Position numbers and translations under genes: made by a program. DNA of 64,000 bases, from assembly GCA_964106645.2 (NCBI GenBank), contig OZ067038.1. One strand, 5' to 3'. Below the pieces are notes generated by a model, which did not search any database, was not told where the DNA came from, and was given only the letters and a program-made list of their open reading frames with translations. Positions 1-12,910 of the stretch are shown here, one piece after another. The stretch is from Podarcis pityusensis (taxonomy: Eukaryota). The number at the start of each line of letters is the position of its first letter. Positions within the stretch are counted from its first letter, which is position 1.

Positions 1-23
1 TTTCCACTATGAACAGACTGTAG

Positions 24-502
24 GCATCCATCTGTCTCAAGAGACAATGGAGTGCTTTTCTGAGGGTGAAGTCAAACCACTGCTTAGCAGCACCAAAGTT
101 GCTCCCAGTATGTTTCTGAGCACAATTCAGTGTTGGTGCTGACCTTTAAAGCCCTCAATGGCCTTGGCCCAGTATACCTGAAGGAGCATCTCCAACCCTA
201 TTGTTCTGCCCAGACACTGAGGTCCAGTGCTGAGGGCCTTCTGGTGGTTCCCTCACTGCAAGAAGCGAATTTACAGGGAACCAGGCAGAGGGCCTTCTTG
301 GTGGTGGCACCCGCCCTGTGGAACTCCCTTCCATCAGATGTCAAATAAATAAACAACTATCTGACTTTTAGAAGACATCTGAAGGCAGCCCTGTTTAGGG
401 AAGCTTTTAATATTTGATGAATTTTTGTATTTTAATCTTTTGTTGGAAGCCTCCCAGAGTGGCTGGGGAAACACAGCCTGATGAGCGGGGTATAAATAAT
501 AA

Positions 503-541
<39 letters not shown>

Positions 542-740
542 GTTATTACCAAAGTGACCTCCCCAGAGAACAAGCCTGGGCAGTGTGTATGGAGCTCCTG
601 GGCTGCCCAGACGACAAGACCTTCCTCTTGACCTCGTTGATGTGGTCCAAAGGAAAGCAAAGCAATATGTTTGGCACCAGCTTGGCTGCTGCAGTTGCCA
701 GAAGAAGGCATGCAAGGCACCACCCAACCACCGCCTTTGG
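24..740 (-). mobile_element. RTE-related non-autonomous retroelement, interrupted by the L2 insertion
   Basis: 24-99 is similar to 34884-34950 and 38471-38535; sequence resumes after the duplicated ACCAAAGT; family name from recalled similarity only. Confidence 0.55.
100..547 (+). mobile_element. 5'-truncated L2-clade LINE (ORF2 C-terminus, 3' UTR, (TTA)n tail)
   Basis: ORF 130-348 has the L2 motif LTFKAL.GL.P.YL...LRSS...RAF..AP.LWNSLP; (TTA)n tail at about 505-547; flanked by ACCAAAGT at 92-99 and 548-555. Confidence 0.85.
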
Positions 741-1301
741 AACTCCGAAAGCAGTCCTGAGGGCTTGATAGAGAACACCCAGGCCTGAGGAACCCCACCT
801 CACCCCACTCCACTTGTGGGGATTGCTTTGTGACTGAACTCTTAATAGCTAGACATGACCTAATAAAGCAGCAACAGATTTTTTTTTACTTAGTGAGTTA
901 AGTCTTATCATACCTGTCTCAGAAACTCTGCACCAAGCAACAGAACGTTGAGCTGATAAGATCAAGGCCTCAAAATGAAGTCTTGGGCAGGAATGAATAC
1001 GCATAATAAGGGCAGTGGGTTGTTTGGCAATGTCTGCAGCAATAAAGGCTGCATGGGGGGCGGGGAGAGGAAGGACAGAATGTTGAAGCAACCCAGAGGT
1101 TGCCAACAAATGGCCTTGCAACTAACTGGAAGTTTTAGTAAAATTAGGAAAGACTCATTTTCCTGTTTCTGATTCTTTCGTTGTATTTTAACAGTGAAGG
1201 GCAATAGCATGTTTGCGACAGGGTTTGGAGCCAAGGAGTTATCTCCCTATTGTGCTGTAAAGTTTTCCTCTTTGGTATCCATTTCCTACCATACTGCTGT
1301 A

Positions 1302-1544
1302 CAGTGGTACCTCGGGTTAAGTATTTTAATTGGTTCCAGAGGTCCGTTCTTAACCTGAAACTGTTCTTAACCTGAAGCACCACTTTAGCTAATGGGGCCT
1401 CCTGCTGCTGCCGTGCCACCGGAGCACGATTTCTGTTCTCATCCTGAAGCAAAGTTCTTAACCTGAAGCACTATTTCTGGGTTAGCGGAGTATGTAACCT
1501 AAAGCGTATGTAACCTGAAGCGTATGTAACCCGAGGTACCACTG
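1302..1544. mobile_element. Tc1/mariner-pogo type MITE
   Basis: Perfect 18-bp terminal inverted repeat CAGTGGTACCTCGGGTTA / TAACCCGAGGTACCACTG; TA on both flanks; internal TAACCTGAA repeats. Confidence 0.9.
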
Positions 1545-3959
1545 TACTGATATTCCTGACACCTGGCACTTGGTGGCGGGGCTATTGCTCTGTTTCCCTA
1601 TACGTATCTTATAAACCATACATTTAAAACACATGACTTTTCCTAAAGTTTTTCTGCTTCTCTAAACAGAAAAGTGTGTGGAGGGCACTCTTCAGTTTAT
1701 ATTTACAGTATTTATCACACCTTAGCAAGCAGAACTGCAGTCCTAACCTGGGAGCAAGCCCCCACAAAATTTTATAGGACTTATGTCTGAAGAATGACTG
1801 CGATCCATATGCAGGGAGCCAAATCTGAGTTCATTCCTGGCAGAAGTTCCAAATTTCAGGGCCTGTCAAACATCTCCTTGGCACAAGCTCTTAAGGCTGG
1901 TTCACTACCGCTAGATTTTCCTTTGCACCCTAATAGGGGATCCAATCTGCAGATTCGGCATGGCTGCTTGATTCCAGGGGCCAGGTGAAAAGTGGGGAGA
2001 CTGCAATAATATATCTAACCAATAAGTGATTTTTGGGTGGGAGGGAAACAAGAGGACCTAATGAAGAGGCTTGTTATTATGGAGCTGAGAAACTATTGTG
2101 GGCTTGGTTCAGAGAAATAAAAGCAAACATTGCTTCCCTTTGCTTTCAGAGGTTTTTCACATCACGGTGGTGAGCAGTGGCAGGTCCAAGACAGTTTGCC
2201 AATATATTTCTACTTTTCAGCAGAAAATCTCCTGGGCTGCACATTGAAGATCACTTAATGTGCATTAATCACCCCTTAGCACGCTTAAATTAATCTCATT
2301 TGTAAAAACAATTAAATTGATTAAAGAAATAGCAAAACTATTTATGTGTGAGTGTAATTACACCATGGTATAACCAAGAATTAAAGCATGTGACTTTGTT
2401 ATCTGGGGGGAGAGATGCAGAGAAGCCTTTCCTGACCATGATTTACCTATCCCCTCCTCAACAAATGGCAAACTGGCAGGGTACAAAGAAGCCACTCAAA
2501 ATCAATCCAAGCTGTGTTACAGGCACAACCTAATTTACATTAGCAATGAGAGGCTGAAAGTGGAAAACCTGTGGCACTTTACAAATGCCGCACATTATCC
2601 ATTCCCTCTGTCCTCTACTCTCTCTCTCTTTCTCTTCTCTTTCTCTCTCACACTTTCATTCCATTTTGATTTCTCCAAATTTCTCAGCTCAGTTTCTCCC
2701 CTCTCACATGCACCCAGTGCCCAACCATCTGCTTTCTGACACTCCCAGCCCCTCACCTTTACCCTCCTTGGTGGGAAGAGGGCGCAGGCTGCTGCTCACA
2801 ATGGAAGCTTGAACAGCTTCCTTGGGAGTAAATCTGCTAGTCGGGAATGCGCTCAAGTTGCTGCAAAGCAGCAATATGCAAAAGGAAACTAGGCGTTTTT
2901 TCCTCCCTCACTTGGATGCAGCCTATTATGAGGATGTGGCTGGGTTGGTTGTTTCCTGTTCTTGGAATGCTGAGGGATGGGATGAAGCGAATCAGGCTCA
3001 GCGTGGTATGAAACCAAGTGCTGATATCATAGTGTTGGCAAATGTGAGAGGGTTTGTTTTTTGCTATTTTATATGTGTGAGTGGGCATTTTCTGCCTCAA
3101 GGCCTGGAAACCTGAGATGTGGTTTAATGTAAAGGCTGAGGTTTTGTTCAGTTCCCTGATTCATGCTTCAATCCTACACTATGTAGGCATATATAGTATC
3201 ATGCAATCAGTTGCCTTCAGCCTTGACTGGTCCTTCTCTGTGCTTGTCTGAACAGCCATTGGTAGTTGGGGGGGATATTTAAATAGTTGCATAAAAGGCA
3301 ACAGTTTAGGGAATTCTTATTTCTCAACATTTCCTCTGAAATATATGTACAGATGACCTTATAGTGACTATTTTGCAATGCTCATAGTTACACCCTTCTG
3401 TGGCACGTAACAATGTTTAAAGTATGATAGAATAAGGTTAACATATTAGCCTACCAACTGCCTTAATGTTTTAATAATGTAGACATTACAGTCTATGAAC
3501 TCTGTAAATACAGAAGGTAACTTTTGATTTGTAAGCAATATACGTAGAAGCACCTATTCTGCTGCCTGAATTGATGTACCCATTCTCTGGCACATTACTA
3601 GTGAGGCCTTTGCAATTGCTTTTCAGGAATTCCTCTCACCCTCTTAATGAGTTTTCAGTTTTGTCTACTGCTTCTGCTCCTTGGTACTGATGTAGATATA
3701 TGTGTTATTATTGCTATTGCTATTTCTGTTGTCTGGTCTTTGACCGTAATAAAGATTGATTGATGTTTTTGCTGTTTACGGGCTATATTCTATTCATTAC
3801 TATGGTGCTGTATGAATGTTAAAACTGATACCGTCTTTGTAAACAGCTGGAAAAACCTCTGCCATGGACTAGTATGGAAAATCTGAAACTTGGCAGGAGG
3901 GAAAGGCTGACAAACAAGATACTGGACATCAAAACTGGAAGGCATTTGGGGCTAAAATA

Positions 3960-4107
3960 CCGTATTTTTCCATGTATAAGATGCCCTCTATTTTGAGGGA
4001 CTCAGATTTAAGAAAATGGGGAAGATGTATCTGTGTATAAGACGCCCCCTAATTTTTGACATTATTTTTTAGGAAAAAAACCTAGTCTTATACACAGAAA
4101 AATACGG
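3960..4107. mobile_element. Tc2/pogo-like MITE
   Basis: TIR CCGTATTTTTC..TGTATAAGA / TCTTATACA..GAAAAATACGG; TA flanks. Confidence 0.85.
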
Positions 4108-5906
4108 TACCTTTAAGTGTGTGTTTCAAGTATTTGTGCTCCCAGTTTGTGTACGGTACTTCACAAGGACTACCAAGATCATTCCTTTTGAGCTGTCTCC
4201 TAAAAGCCACATGTTGTTGCAGTGGGGACTTTAAAAAATTGTTTTAATATCTTTGACTGCTGGATAACTCTTCTAGGTTTCAATTTTTTTGTTGAATATT
4301 TTAAGCAGATTCTGTCCCAAAATAATGTGTCTTTATCTGAGACCTCTGGTGTTGACTGCTGTGTACTATCCTGCCTTATGCTCGAAGATGGCTTCCAAGC
4401 CGGATCCTGAACTGGGATTTTGGGAGTCTTGCCTATTCATGGATGCATGGTCCACAAACAGATGTACTGAGAGGGTGTTTCCATACCAGGTGTTTACTTG
4501 ACAATTGCCACTCGCTTTTTACAGAGCATCTGGAAAATGTACTTGTGAATTTATTGTTCTCCTGCATTTTCTTCACAGTGCTTTCCTCTCTTTTGAGAGC
4601 TCACAATAAAGGAATAGAATCGTGAAGCGATGTGACTAGAGGAAAGTAAAGGGGAAATAATGCTTTAAAATTAAATACAGTATTTCTTTTCCTGCTTAGA
4701 GGTTAAATATGCTTCCAAGCCCTGAAGCACAACTTTATTTTTCTAAATACGTCTCAGTGAGTCAATCTTCTGTCTCTGCTGATTCATTCATGGCTGGATC
4801 CTGACTTTCTCCTTTTGTCTCTTCCATTGTTGGGGCAAGTAGTGGCAAACCTAAAATCTATTGCCCTTCTGTTACCCTTTCCTCTATCTGTCTGGCTACT
4901 TTAATAATCTCTTCACATGCACCCACCTCCTCTAATCGTCATTGTACTGCTCTAGATTCATTGTCTTCTATTGCTAAGTATCACATTATGGACAACAGCT
5001 AGCAAAAACAACACAAAGCTTAAATTGATTCCTGTGTAGGAGAGGAAGCATCATGAAGAATATCGATTTCAAGCCTCTTCAAAAAGCCCACAGTATTGTG
5101 GCTTGAAGTAACTTGGGTTGTGGGTAGCAGAGGAAGGTAGCTTGGAGAGGAACAAAAAAAGAAAGATGTGACAGTGTTGAAACAGTGGTGTGTCGTGCTG
5201 CCAAAGCTCTGTCAGTTTTCAGACTAGATGTGCTGTGAGATTGAAGTGCCTTGTTCTTGTGTGTGTTTTGACCTATGGTGCGACTGGGGAAGCAACAGGA
5301 AAACCCAGCTGGGATTCATTAAAGGAGGAGAAGAAGAAACATTTATTGCTGTAGACTTTGTTATGATCTTGGCATATTTTAGGAGTCAAAGCCGTTCATT
5401 CTTCCTTGGGGAGGAAACAAACAAACAAAAGCATTGCCCACAAAATATGCAGTTTTAGTTAATTTTGCATAAACACGCTTAATTTGCATGCTTGGTTACT
5501 CCTGTTTAATCTGCATGCTGTGCTTGCAGAGCCATAGGTGCTGTGCAGAGTGGGGATATTATGCCCAGAGATGAGAGAAGAAATGTGAGAGAACGGAGAG
5601 CCGAAAAGTTGTTTGTAGGAAGAGGATATGACATAGAAGCACAGCATGCACCAAAAAACCGCAAAGGACATGGAAGCGCCGCTTAAATTCCCTGAACCCA
5701 GTGTTACTTAGTCAACTCTGTTTTATTTTGTTTTTAGTTAAAATTTCAGATTGTCAGGAATTCCAGTTTCGTTCCAGAAATTAAATCCTGTACAAAGTGT
5801 CCCTATTAATGGAAGGTGAGCAGATCTGATCTTAATTCACTGTGTTTACAGGCTTGCATCTCCTACTGCATCAAATGCGCTTCTGAAATGTTGACGACAG
5901 ACTGGA

Positions 5907-5908
<2 letters not shown>

Positions 5909-5947
<39 letters not shown>
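5909..5947. repeat. (AT)n microsatellite
   Basis: Pure AT run. Confidence 0.98.
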
Positions 5948-5950
<3 letters not shown>

Positions 5951-6226
5951 CCCATTTGTGGAAAAGACGCTATGCTGTTCTTCTCTACACCTGAAACCCT
6001 GATTCTTTTTGGAGTTGGAGAACTGAGGAGACAATTATTGATGGTGGTTTTGATATTAATTTCATCACATGCCTAATAGCATTTCTCTTGAGTTTCTGCA
6101 GCTCAGTTTTGTATGAACCAGATTGGACGATCTGAAGGACAAAGGCAAGTGGCTTGCTAAGAAATGGATGGAATCCTAATTTTTCCCAGTACCCAAGTCA
6201 GTCGCGCAGGGGCTGGCCTAAGACAT

Positions 6227-6402
6227 TTTTGCACGTGAGGCAAACCACCAAATGACTTTCCCCTCCCCGGTAGGAAAGAAGGGTTGAGTGAAGATATTTG
6301 GAACAAGCTGGGAATAAAGATCTACAATGAGATCTTCTGCCCCTGTGGATCCTGCTGCCTGAAGCAATTGCCTCCCCTTACCTCATGGGTGGGCTGTCCC
6401 TG
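6227..6402. mobile_element. Non-autonomous DNA transposon (Harbinger-like ends)
   Basis: Imperfect TIR CAGGGGCTGGCC / GGGCTGTCCCTG. Confidence 0.5.
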
Positions 6403-6498
6403 CTGCCCCCTGTAGTACATAATTAAAGCTAAGCATCTTTAGAGAGCAGAGTTGTAAATATCCATGTGCCCTCTCATCCCTTTTTCTGAGAACTAATG

Positions 6499-6634
6499 CA
6501 GAGGTAGCTAACCTGTGGCTTTCCAGATGTCATTGCATTCCAGCTCCCATCAGCCTCAACCAGCATGGCCAGTGGTCAGGGACAAAGGAAGTTGTAGTCT
6601 AGCAATATGCGGAGGCCCCAAATCCCCACCTCTG
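6499..6634. mobile_element. Palindromic hAT-like MITE; family with several copies in the window
   Basis: TIR CAGAGGT / ACCTCTG; shared core CCAGATGT..CTCCCATCA..GTTGTAGTC also seen near 9575-9690, 37010-37110, 40178-40302, 43997-44060, 55556-55630 and 57359-57475. Confidence 0.7.
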
Positions 6635-7996
6635 AACTAGTAGAAGACACAACAGCGTGTAAATGTTCCCTTGCACACAGTCTGCTGTCCTAGCTTACCT
6701 AGCCATGCACACACCTTGATATATGGCCTTCAGTTGATCTCTGCTGCTTAACAACAATTGGACAGTGAAACCATCACTAGACATTTTGGTTTAGTACAAA
6801 TTCATTTCCTGATAGATTGGCTTATGCAGCCCCTTCCCACCCACTGTATTAGTTGCTGCTACCATTAAACATTAAACGCTTCTGCCACCATTAACCTTGG
6901 CTGTTGTACTCACTGTTTAATGTGTTGCTGTTCTCAGTGCTTTGGGGAGTTTACCTTCCCCTTTCAAGCTGCCCCGGCTTCTGCTTTCCAGTATATTCAT
7001 GAATGGATATGGCCATGGAAGGGAAGTAGTAGGAAGCAATGCTACTGTCGATAGAAGATCGGCTGTTACCTCCAGTTTCTGCTTTTTGTATAGTGCCCCA
7101 ATTGTGCCATTCTGGGAAGAAGAAAGAAAACTCACCTCCTCTCCCTGGTGGCTGACTAATACTTGCCACCCATGCCATTTGTTCATTTTCTTTCATGTAT
7201 GGCATAACTGGATTATGGGAAGGTAGTTTAAAGAGTGCATTCAGGAACAGTCTCTTATAGGGAATGCCACAGTCCTTTCTCTAGAACTCTGTGTGCTGTA
7301 TGGAGCCTAAAACAGGCTGTATGTAAACAGACCTAAGTAGAAGGAAGGGTGGTTCTTGAGCCTAAGATAACAAACAGAGATTCTGAAGCATTTGAAACTG
7401 TTGGTGGCTCAGCCATGCATTTCCATCATTGCAGTGAGCAAGGAGGTTGATGGTGGTAGCATACATGAGACATTTTGTTCCACATATCCTAAAAAAAAAA
7501 TCAAATCTCCACAGTAAAGTCACAAGGTGTAAACCTATGCATGTCTACTTGGAAGTGAATACCACTGAGTTCAATGGGCCTTAATCCCAGAATTTGCAGC
7601 CTGTCTCCTTGTTTTCAATTTCAGCGGCCTGGTTTGCACATCACTTTAAACTATAGTTTAAATTTAAGCTATGGTTTAAAGTGTACGAGCAAAGCGTTTG
7701 GCATACTACTCAAAAGACCTACAGTGCTCCTCCCTGATCCTTTCTTTAGCACACCTGGAAGCAATATATTTTTATTGTCTCACAAACTTAAAAAAAATAC
7801 AGCTTCTTGTGAGTGCTCGTAAGTTTTCCTGCAGTAGTACACTTTAGTTCCAGCTGATGAGGTTATGCTAACTGTTTGGGCTTCTGAAGTAATAAATCAT
7901 GCCTAAAATATGTAGGATTTATCATGACAAATTTATTGTCAGGAATCCAGAATGCCTGACCCTGCTTTTTAAATCTTCCATCACTAGCTAGGATTA

Positions 7997-8165
7997 CCAT
8001 ATTTTTCGCTCTATAACACCCACCTGACCATAACACGCACGTAGTTTTTAGAGGAGGAAAATCCGTAGGCATGCCACCCTTAGATATTCCCTCCATAACA
8101 CGCACAGACATTTCCCCTTACTTTCTAGGAGGAAAAAAGTGAGTGTTATGGTGCAAAAAATATGG
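7997..8165. mobile_element. Tc2/pogo-like MITE (related family)
   Basis: TIR CCATATTTTT / AAAAATATGG; TA flanks. Confidence 0.75.
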
Positions 8166-11100
8166 TAAGTATTGTAGTCTTAAAACTATAACATTGGAAG
8201 GGATCAAAAGGCCACATGATTCAACCTCCTACCAGAAGGAAAGCCATCATTGCAAAATGTCAACCCTGTAAATATACGCTCATTTGTGTCATCTGAGTAA
8301 GGAAAAGTCTTCTCCAAATGACCAGGTGAGGAAGCTCTATTCAGGTGTTTGTGAATGGGTAGCTTCACCCCAGGTTTTGCCTCCTGCAACTAGTAATTAT
8401 TAACATTTCTCAAACACTTAAAGCAATTAGATGCTGTTCAAAGAATTATTAAATGGTCTTTGCATCTACCCACAGATTTATAATCTAAGAACTATTTTTC
8501 TTGTTATTTCTAACCTTCTGAATGCTCTTCTCTCAGCTTCCTTTTGTCCTATAATATTCTGTGTCTCTTTGTAGAAATGTAGAAGGGTGCACAGTGGGTC
8601 ATATCACATTTAAAGAGAGGTTAATATAATCTTATTTATAACCACTTAGGGATACTCCCTTTTGTTTTGTTTTTTTCTTGCAATCTAAGGTAGACATAAT
8701 GTATGAGAGAAGCAAGGGATGAAATGTAACTGGAAACCAGAGAGGAGGTACCAAGCTGAAGAGGGTGGAAGGAGAAAGAGAATTGGTTAGAAAAATCATG
8801 GGGAAAGATGTGAGCTTTGAGCAGTTCTTTACAGTAGCTAAAGATGAAATAGCATGGGTATATAGAGCAAGGGGTTTCTGGCAATAAGGTGCTGCCCTAC
8901 AGTATGAATAGACAGAGGAAAGAACTGAGAGAGGCTGAGGTTATTAAGATTGGAATAAGGAGAATAAAAGGAACAGGAAGGAATATAGATGCAAAAAGCA
9001 GAGCATAAAGCGGCAAGAGTGGTGAACTTTAAAAGGCAGGACCTTATTAGTATGAAATGGATATAATAAACCAATTAATATGGACAGATATTATTGGAAC
9101 CAGTGAAAATACAGGTGGTGGAGATTGAATTTTAGAGACATGGCATGGGCTGGGGTATCAGGTTTAGCAATGGATTGAATCTGAAATTAGATAGTCAGAA
9201 ATTAATCCCAGTTTATATGATCAGGTAAGGATGTATTGATGAAATTGTGATCTCAAAAGAAGCATTTGACAACTCTTTAAATAGACTAGGTTCCTCTAAA
9301 GCAAGGAAAGGGTCCAGAGAGAAAAGAAAATGATAACTTACTTACTGATAACAAACTGAAGACAATCGGGATGTAGCTTGAGGAGAAGTAAAAAGAGGTT
9401 TGCCGTATTTACAGGGCTCAGACATACATGGGGCAGAGAGACTCCTTCAGAACTTCTTTCAAGTCCTTCAAGTCTCAACTCCCTTTCTCTGTCACTGACA
9501 GCTAACTCCCAGCAGGCTAGAACCTCTGGCCATTCATAGTTTGCTGTCAGCCAGACACATCATGGTGTCTTCCACTAGTTCTGGTATGGGGAGTACAACT
9601 CCTACTATCTCTGATCATTGGGTCTGCTGGCTGGGGCTGATGGCAGTTGGAGTACAACAAAATCTGGAGGGCCACAGATTCCGCCCCAATCTCTTCTAAT
9701 GGGTCAGCCGTACACAGTATAGTCTGGATTGTCTGTTTCTTTTAGCTGCTCTTCTTCTTGTGAGGTAGAGTAGACTGTTTGCAGATTCCCTTCTTCCTCA
9801 TTTTCCTGTTACCCACACGTCAGTTTTATTATTATTTTTGCACTCAACATTTGATTAACTGGCAAGGAGGAGACAGCCGAGAAGGAGGCCTGGAAAGTGA
9901 GCCAGATTTGACATGGAAACATTACACTTGGCTAATAATCTAAATTGGAGCCCAGAACCTTTTAGGATAGTAAACTCTAAATGTTTTGCTTAGCAACTGT
10001 TGCCAAGGAATAATCTGTATGATAGCAAGACAAACAGAGCTTGCTGCATTCTCATGTTAATATTAATTTACACTCGGAAGGTTCCATGCATCAGATATAT
10101 TACTAATGCTTTAACTTATTCACTCACTGAGTGAAAGACAGAAAATGGGCTGTGCAGGGTTGGAAAAATGTATTTTGGTTACGTATTAAATGAAGTTTAA
10201 TCAAACAGCATGCATTTCTAGCTGCTGGTGTGGTATTTGACTCTTTGTTTTCCCCAAAAAACCAAATGTAGCCATGCTGGTCTGTAAGAAATTTCACAGC
10301 AGAGCATATAAGGAACAAACATTGGCTTAAAAGTGTTGGGGTCAAAGCTGTTCTAAACTCCTTTCTGGGAACCTGCTTGTTTGTGAACTCTTAATAAGAA
10401 AGAATTTGGCTTCCTGTGTTGTGCAAACCAGGCCTAAGCAGCGTGGATAATCAGTTTTAATGTCAAGGTGTGTGCGCTAATGAGATTCTTCATCATTGAC
10501 ATGCATACATATAGTAATACATTTTAAAAATGGCACACTCTTCCTCTCTTTTATTATGTTTCAAGTTATAAACTAGAATAGTTACAGTCTACAACTACTT
10601 ATATTACAGTTGTCCTCAGTGATTATCTCATGAAACAATAGAACTAATATTTGTAAAAAGCGACTGTAACACACCTACACCCACATGTGTCCAACTAAAA
10701 TTCATTTATCATAAATGCATAATATTCCTACAGGCAAGAGATGATATTTAATGGGACACAGCTATTGGGGATTAAACTTAGAAACATGCTGAAAATAGAG
10801 ACTAAGTTTGTTTAAATGATGACATCTTTTCTTACTGCTTTTTCACAGCCATACTTTATAGACTTTCCTTGGGTTAGAACACATGTTGGGTGCTAGTATT
10901 AAGTGGATGCCTCAGTTTTTGAAGAGAGGGGAAAATAACTTTGAATAGCTCCTGTTTAAAATTATGGTTTTAAGCAGCTAAAGCACAAACATACTTCTTT
11001 GTTTTCTTTTGTTTAAGCAAAATGGTTCTTTCTCATGATCTTGCAGCTGAGTACCTCCAGAATAGAAGTGGGGAGTCTCAGGCCCTGGGGGTGTATGTGG

Positions 11101-11914
11101 CCCCCCAGGCTTCAATATCCGGCCCTCTGGACTTTCCCCCGCCACACTGCCCTCTACACCTCCACCTGGAGTGAACCTGGAGTGGCACCAGGTGTCCCAA
11201 ATCATAACAGATCAGTGTCAATGTAGTTTTAACATACTTAAATACACACCGTCATCTTCATCTTTGTGTGTGGCATATCCAGCCTTTTGTAATCTTAGCA
11301 TTTTTTTCTTTTTAAATGGATGTTACGTAGTTCTTAATGCAAACAGATTAGGCGTTATGTTTAAATTTGACTTGTTTCTCATCTGCAGCCACTTTCTCCT
11401 TTTCACCCTGCTCCAAATTGGGACAATCTAGATTAGTTACCATGTTACTTGGTTACCATGGCAGCTGATCTCAGCTTTATGTGTCTTAAGTTCTTCATAT
11501 CTGTGACTCAATTCAGTTGGCTAGGTTTCTCTCTCTCTCTCTTTTTAAGTGGAGTACAGCATTGCTACTGCCTACTATATGTAAGGAGGTGAGGTGAGAG
11601 AGAAAGTATTTTGAATATGAGGATAGCTAATTCCTGCTTTGTTTGGCGTGCATCTTTAAAATCAGAAGTATTAATCACAATAGTATGCATACCTAGTTTG
11701 AGCTGCCAAGTAAGTATGGATTCTGCTTGAACTCATTGGATCAACAAGCGTGTCTGTCCTTGCTCCCTGCATCCTTTTTTTCTACCCCACTGTATCTTGA
11801 CTATTTATAGCAGGAGATAGAAATTTTGTACCAGGAATACTGAGACAAAGTGCAGACTCTGAGGGCTGTAGCAAGATTCTGAGAAATCCAGCATTTGCAT
11901 CTGGGAATAAGGAC

Positions 11915-12455
11915 ACAAGAAGAGCCTGCTGGACCAGACCAGTGAAACATCTGGTCTGGACTCCTGCGCTCACTGTGACCAACCAGATGCCCATAGGAAG
12001 CCTTCAAGCAGGACTTAAATGCAGAAGCACTCTCTCCCATCTGTGATTGCCAGCTACTGATATTTAGAGGCATACTACTCAGCTGACTGGGAAGGTTGAA
12101 CATAGCCAGTGTGGCAAGTAGTCACTGGTAGCCCATGGAATTGACTAATTCTCTATTAAAGCCATCTGAGTTAGTGGCTAGCACTGCCCCGTATGGGAGC
12201 AGATTCCATAGTTCAACCAAGCACTCTGTGAAGATCTTTTTGTCTGCCCTGAATCTTCCAACATTCAGGTTCCTTGGATGTTCACGAGTTTCTAATGTTA
12301 TGAGAGAGGGCCAAAAACTTTCCTCTACCCCTTTCTTCATACCGTGCACCATTTTATACACTTCTGACATCTTGCCTTCTACTCCCAAATACTGAAACCT
12401 TTCCTCACAGGGGAGCTGCTCCATCACCTTGGTAATTTTGGTTGCCCTTTTCTGA
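11915..12455 (-). mobile_element. CR1 LINE 3' fragment (decayed ORF2 end plus 3' UTR)
   Basis: ORF 12122-12427 resembles the CR1 ORF2 C-terminus (LP.EER...LG…TR.H…F…V.LWN.LP). Confidence 0.8.
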
Positions 12456-12743
12456 GAAACCCGAGGTCCACTTCTGCAGGACTAGAGAGTGTTTTAAATG
12501 TTTCCTCAAATTAGCTGATTATTTGACTTCAGGTTGTTCAGTTACTGGAAGATAATATGAACAGTTGGTACTTGAGACAGGACTGCTTTATGTCCTTCTG
12601 GCGTTCACTGTGAAAGGACTTAGGCCCCAAATATCTGCAAGTCTATCTTATTCCCTACAGACCCTCTGAAGTGTTAAGATCACACCACTCTTGAGACATT
12701 TGTGGGGGTAGAAGCCACAAGCTGTGGAATTTCCTTCGCACAT

Positions 12744-12910
12744 ACATGGATGTCCATAGGTGTGGGCAGTTGTCCCCCCCTGGATAAACCACCTGAGATA
12801 TGAGACAAAATGTATAGATACTGTACACACACTATATAGCCTGCCCCTTGCCTTTCTATATTTTACTCCCTCCTCCACTAAAATAAAATAAAATTCTGCA
12901 GATGCCCATG
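12744..12910. mobile_element. Small degenerate DNA transposon
   Basis: Imperfect TIR CATGGATGTC / GATGCCCATG. Confidence 0.4.

Noticed and set aside
334-813. ORFs with poly-I or poly-N runs
   Set aside because: Translation of the (TTA)n LINE tail
1340-1535. Short spaced repeats (TAACCTGAAG) suggestive of an array
   Set aside because: Internal subrepeats of a TA-flanked MITE in eukaryotic DNA; not CRISPR
8640-9420. Purine-rich stretch possibly from an old LINE
   Set aside because: Too decayed to assign a family or boundaries by eye
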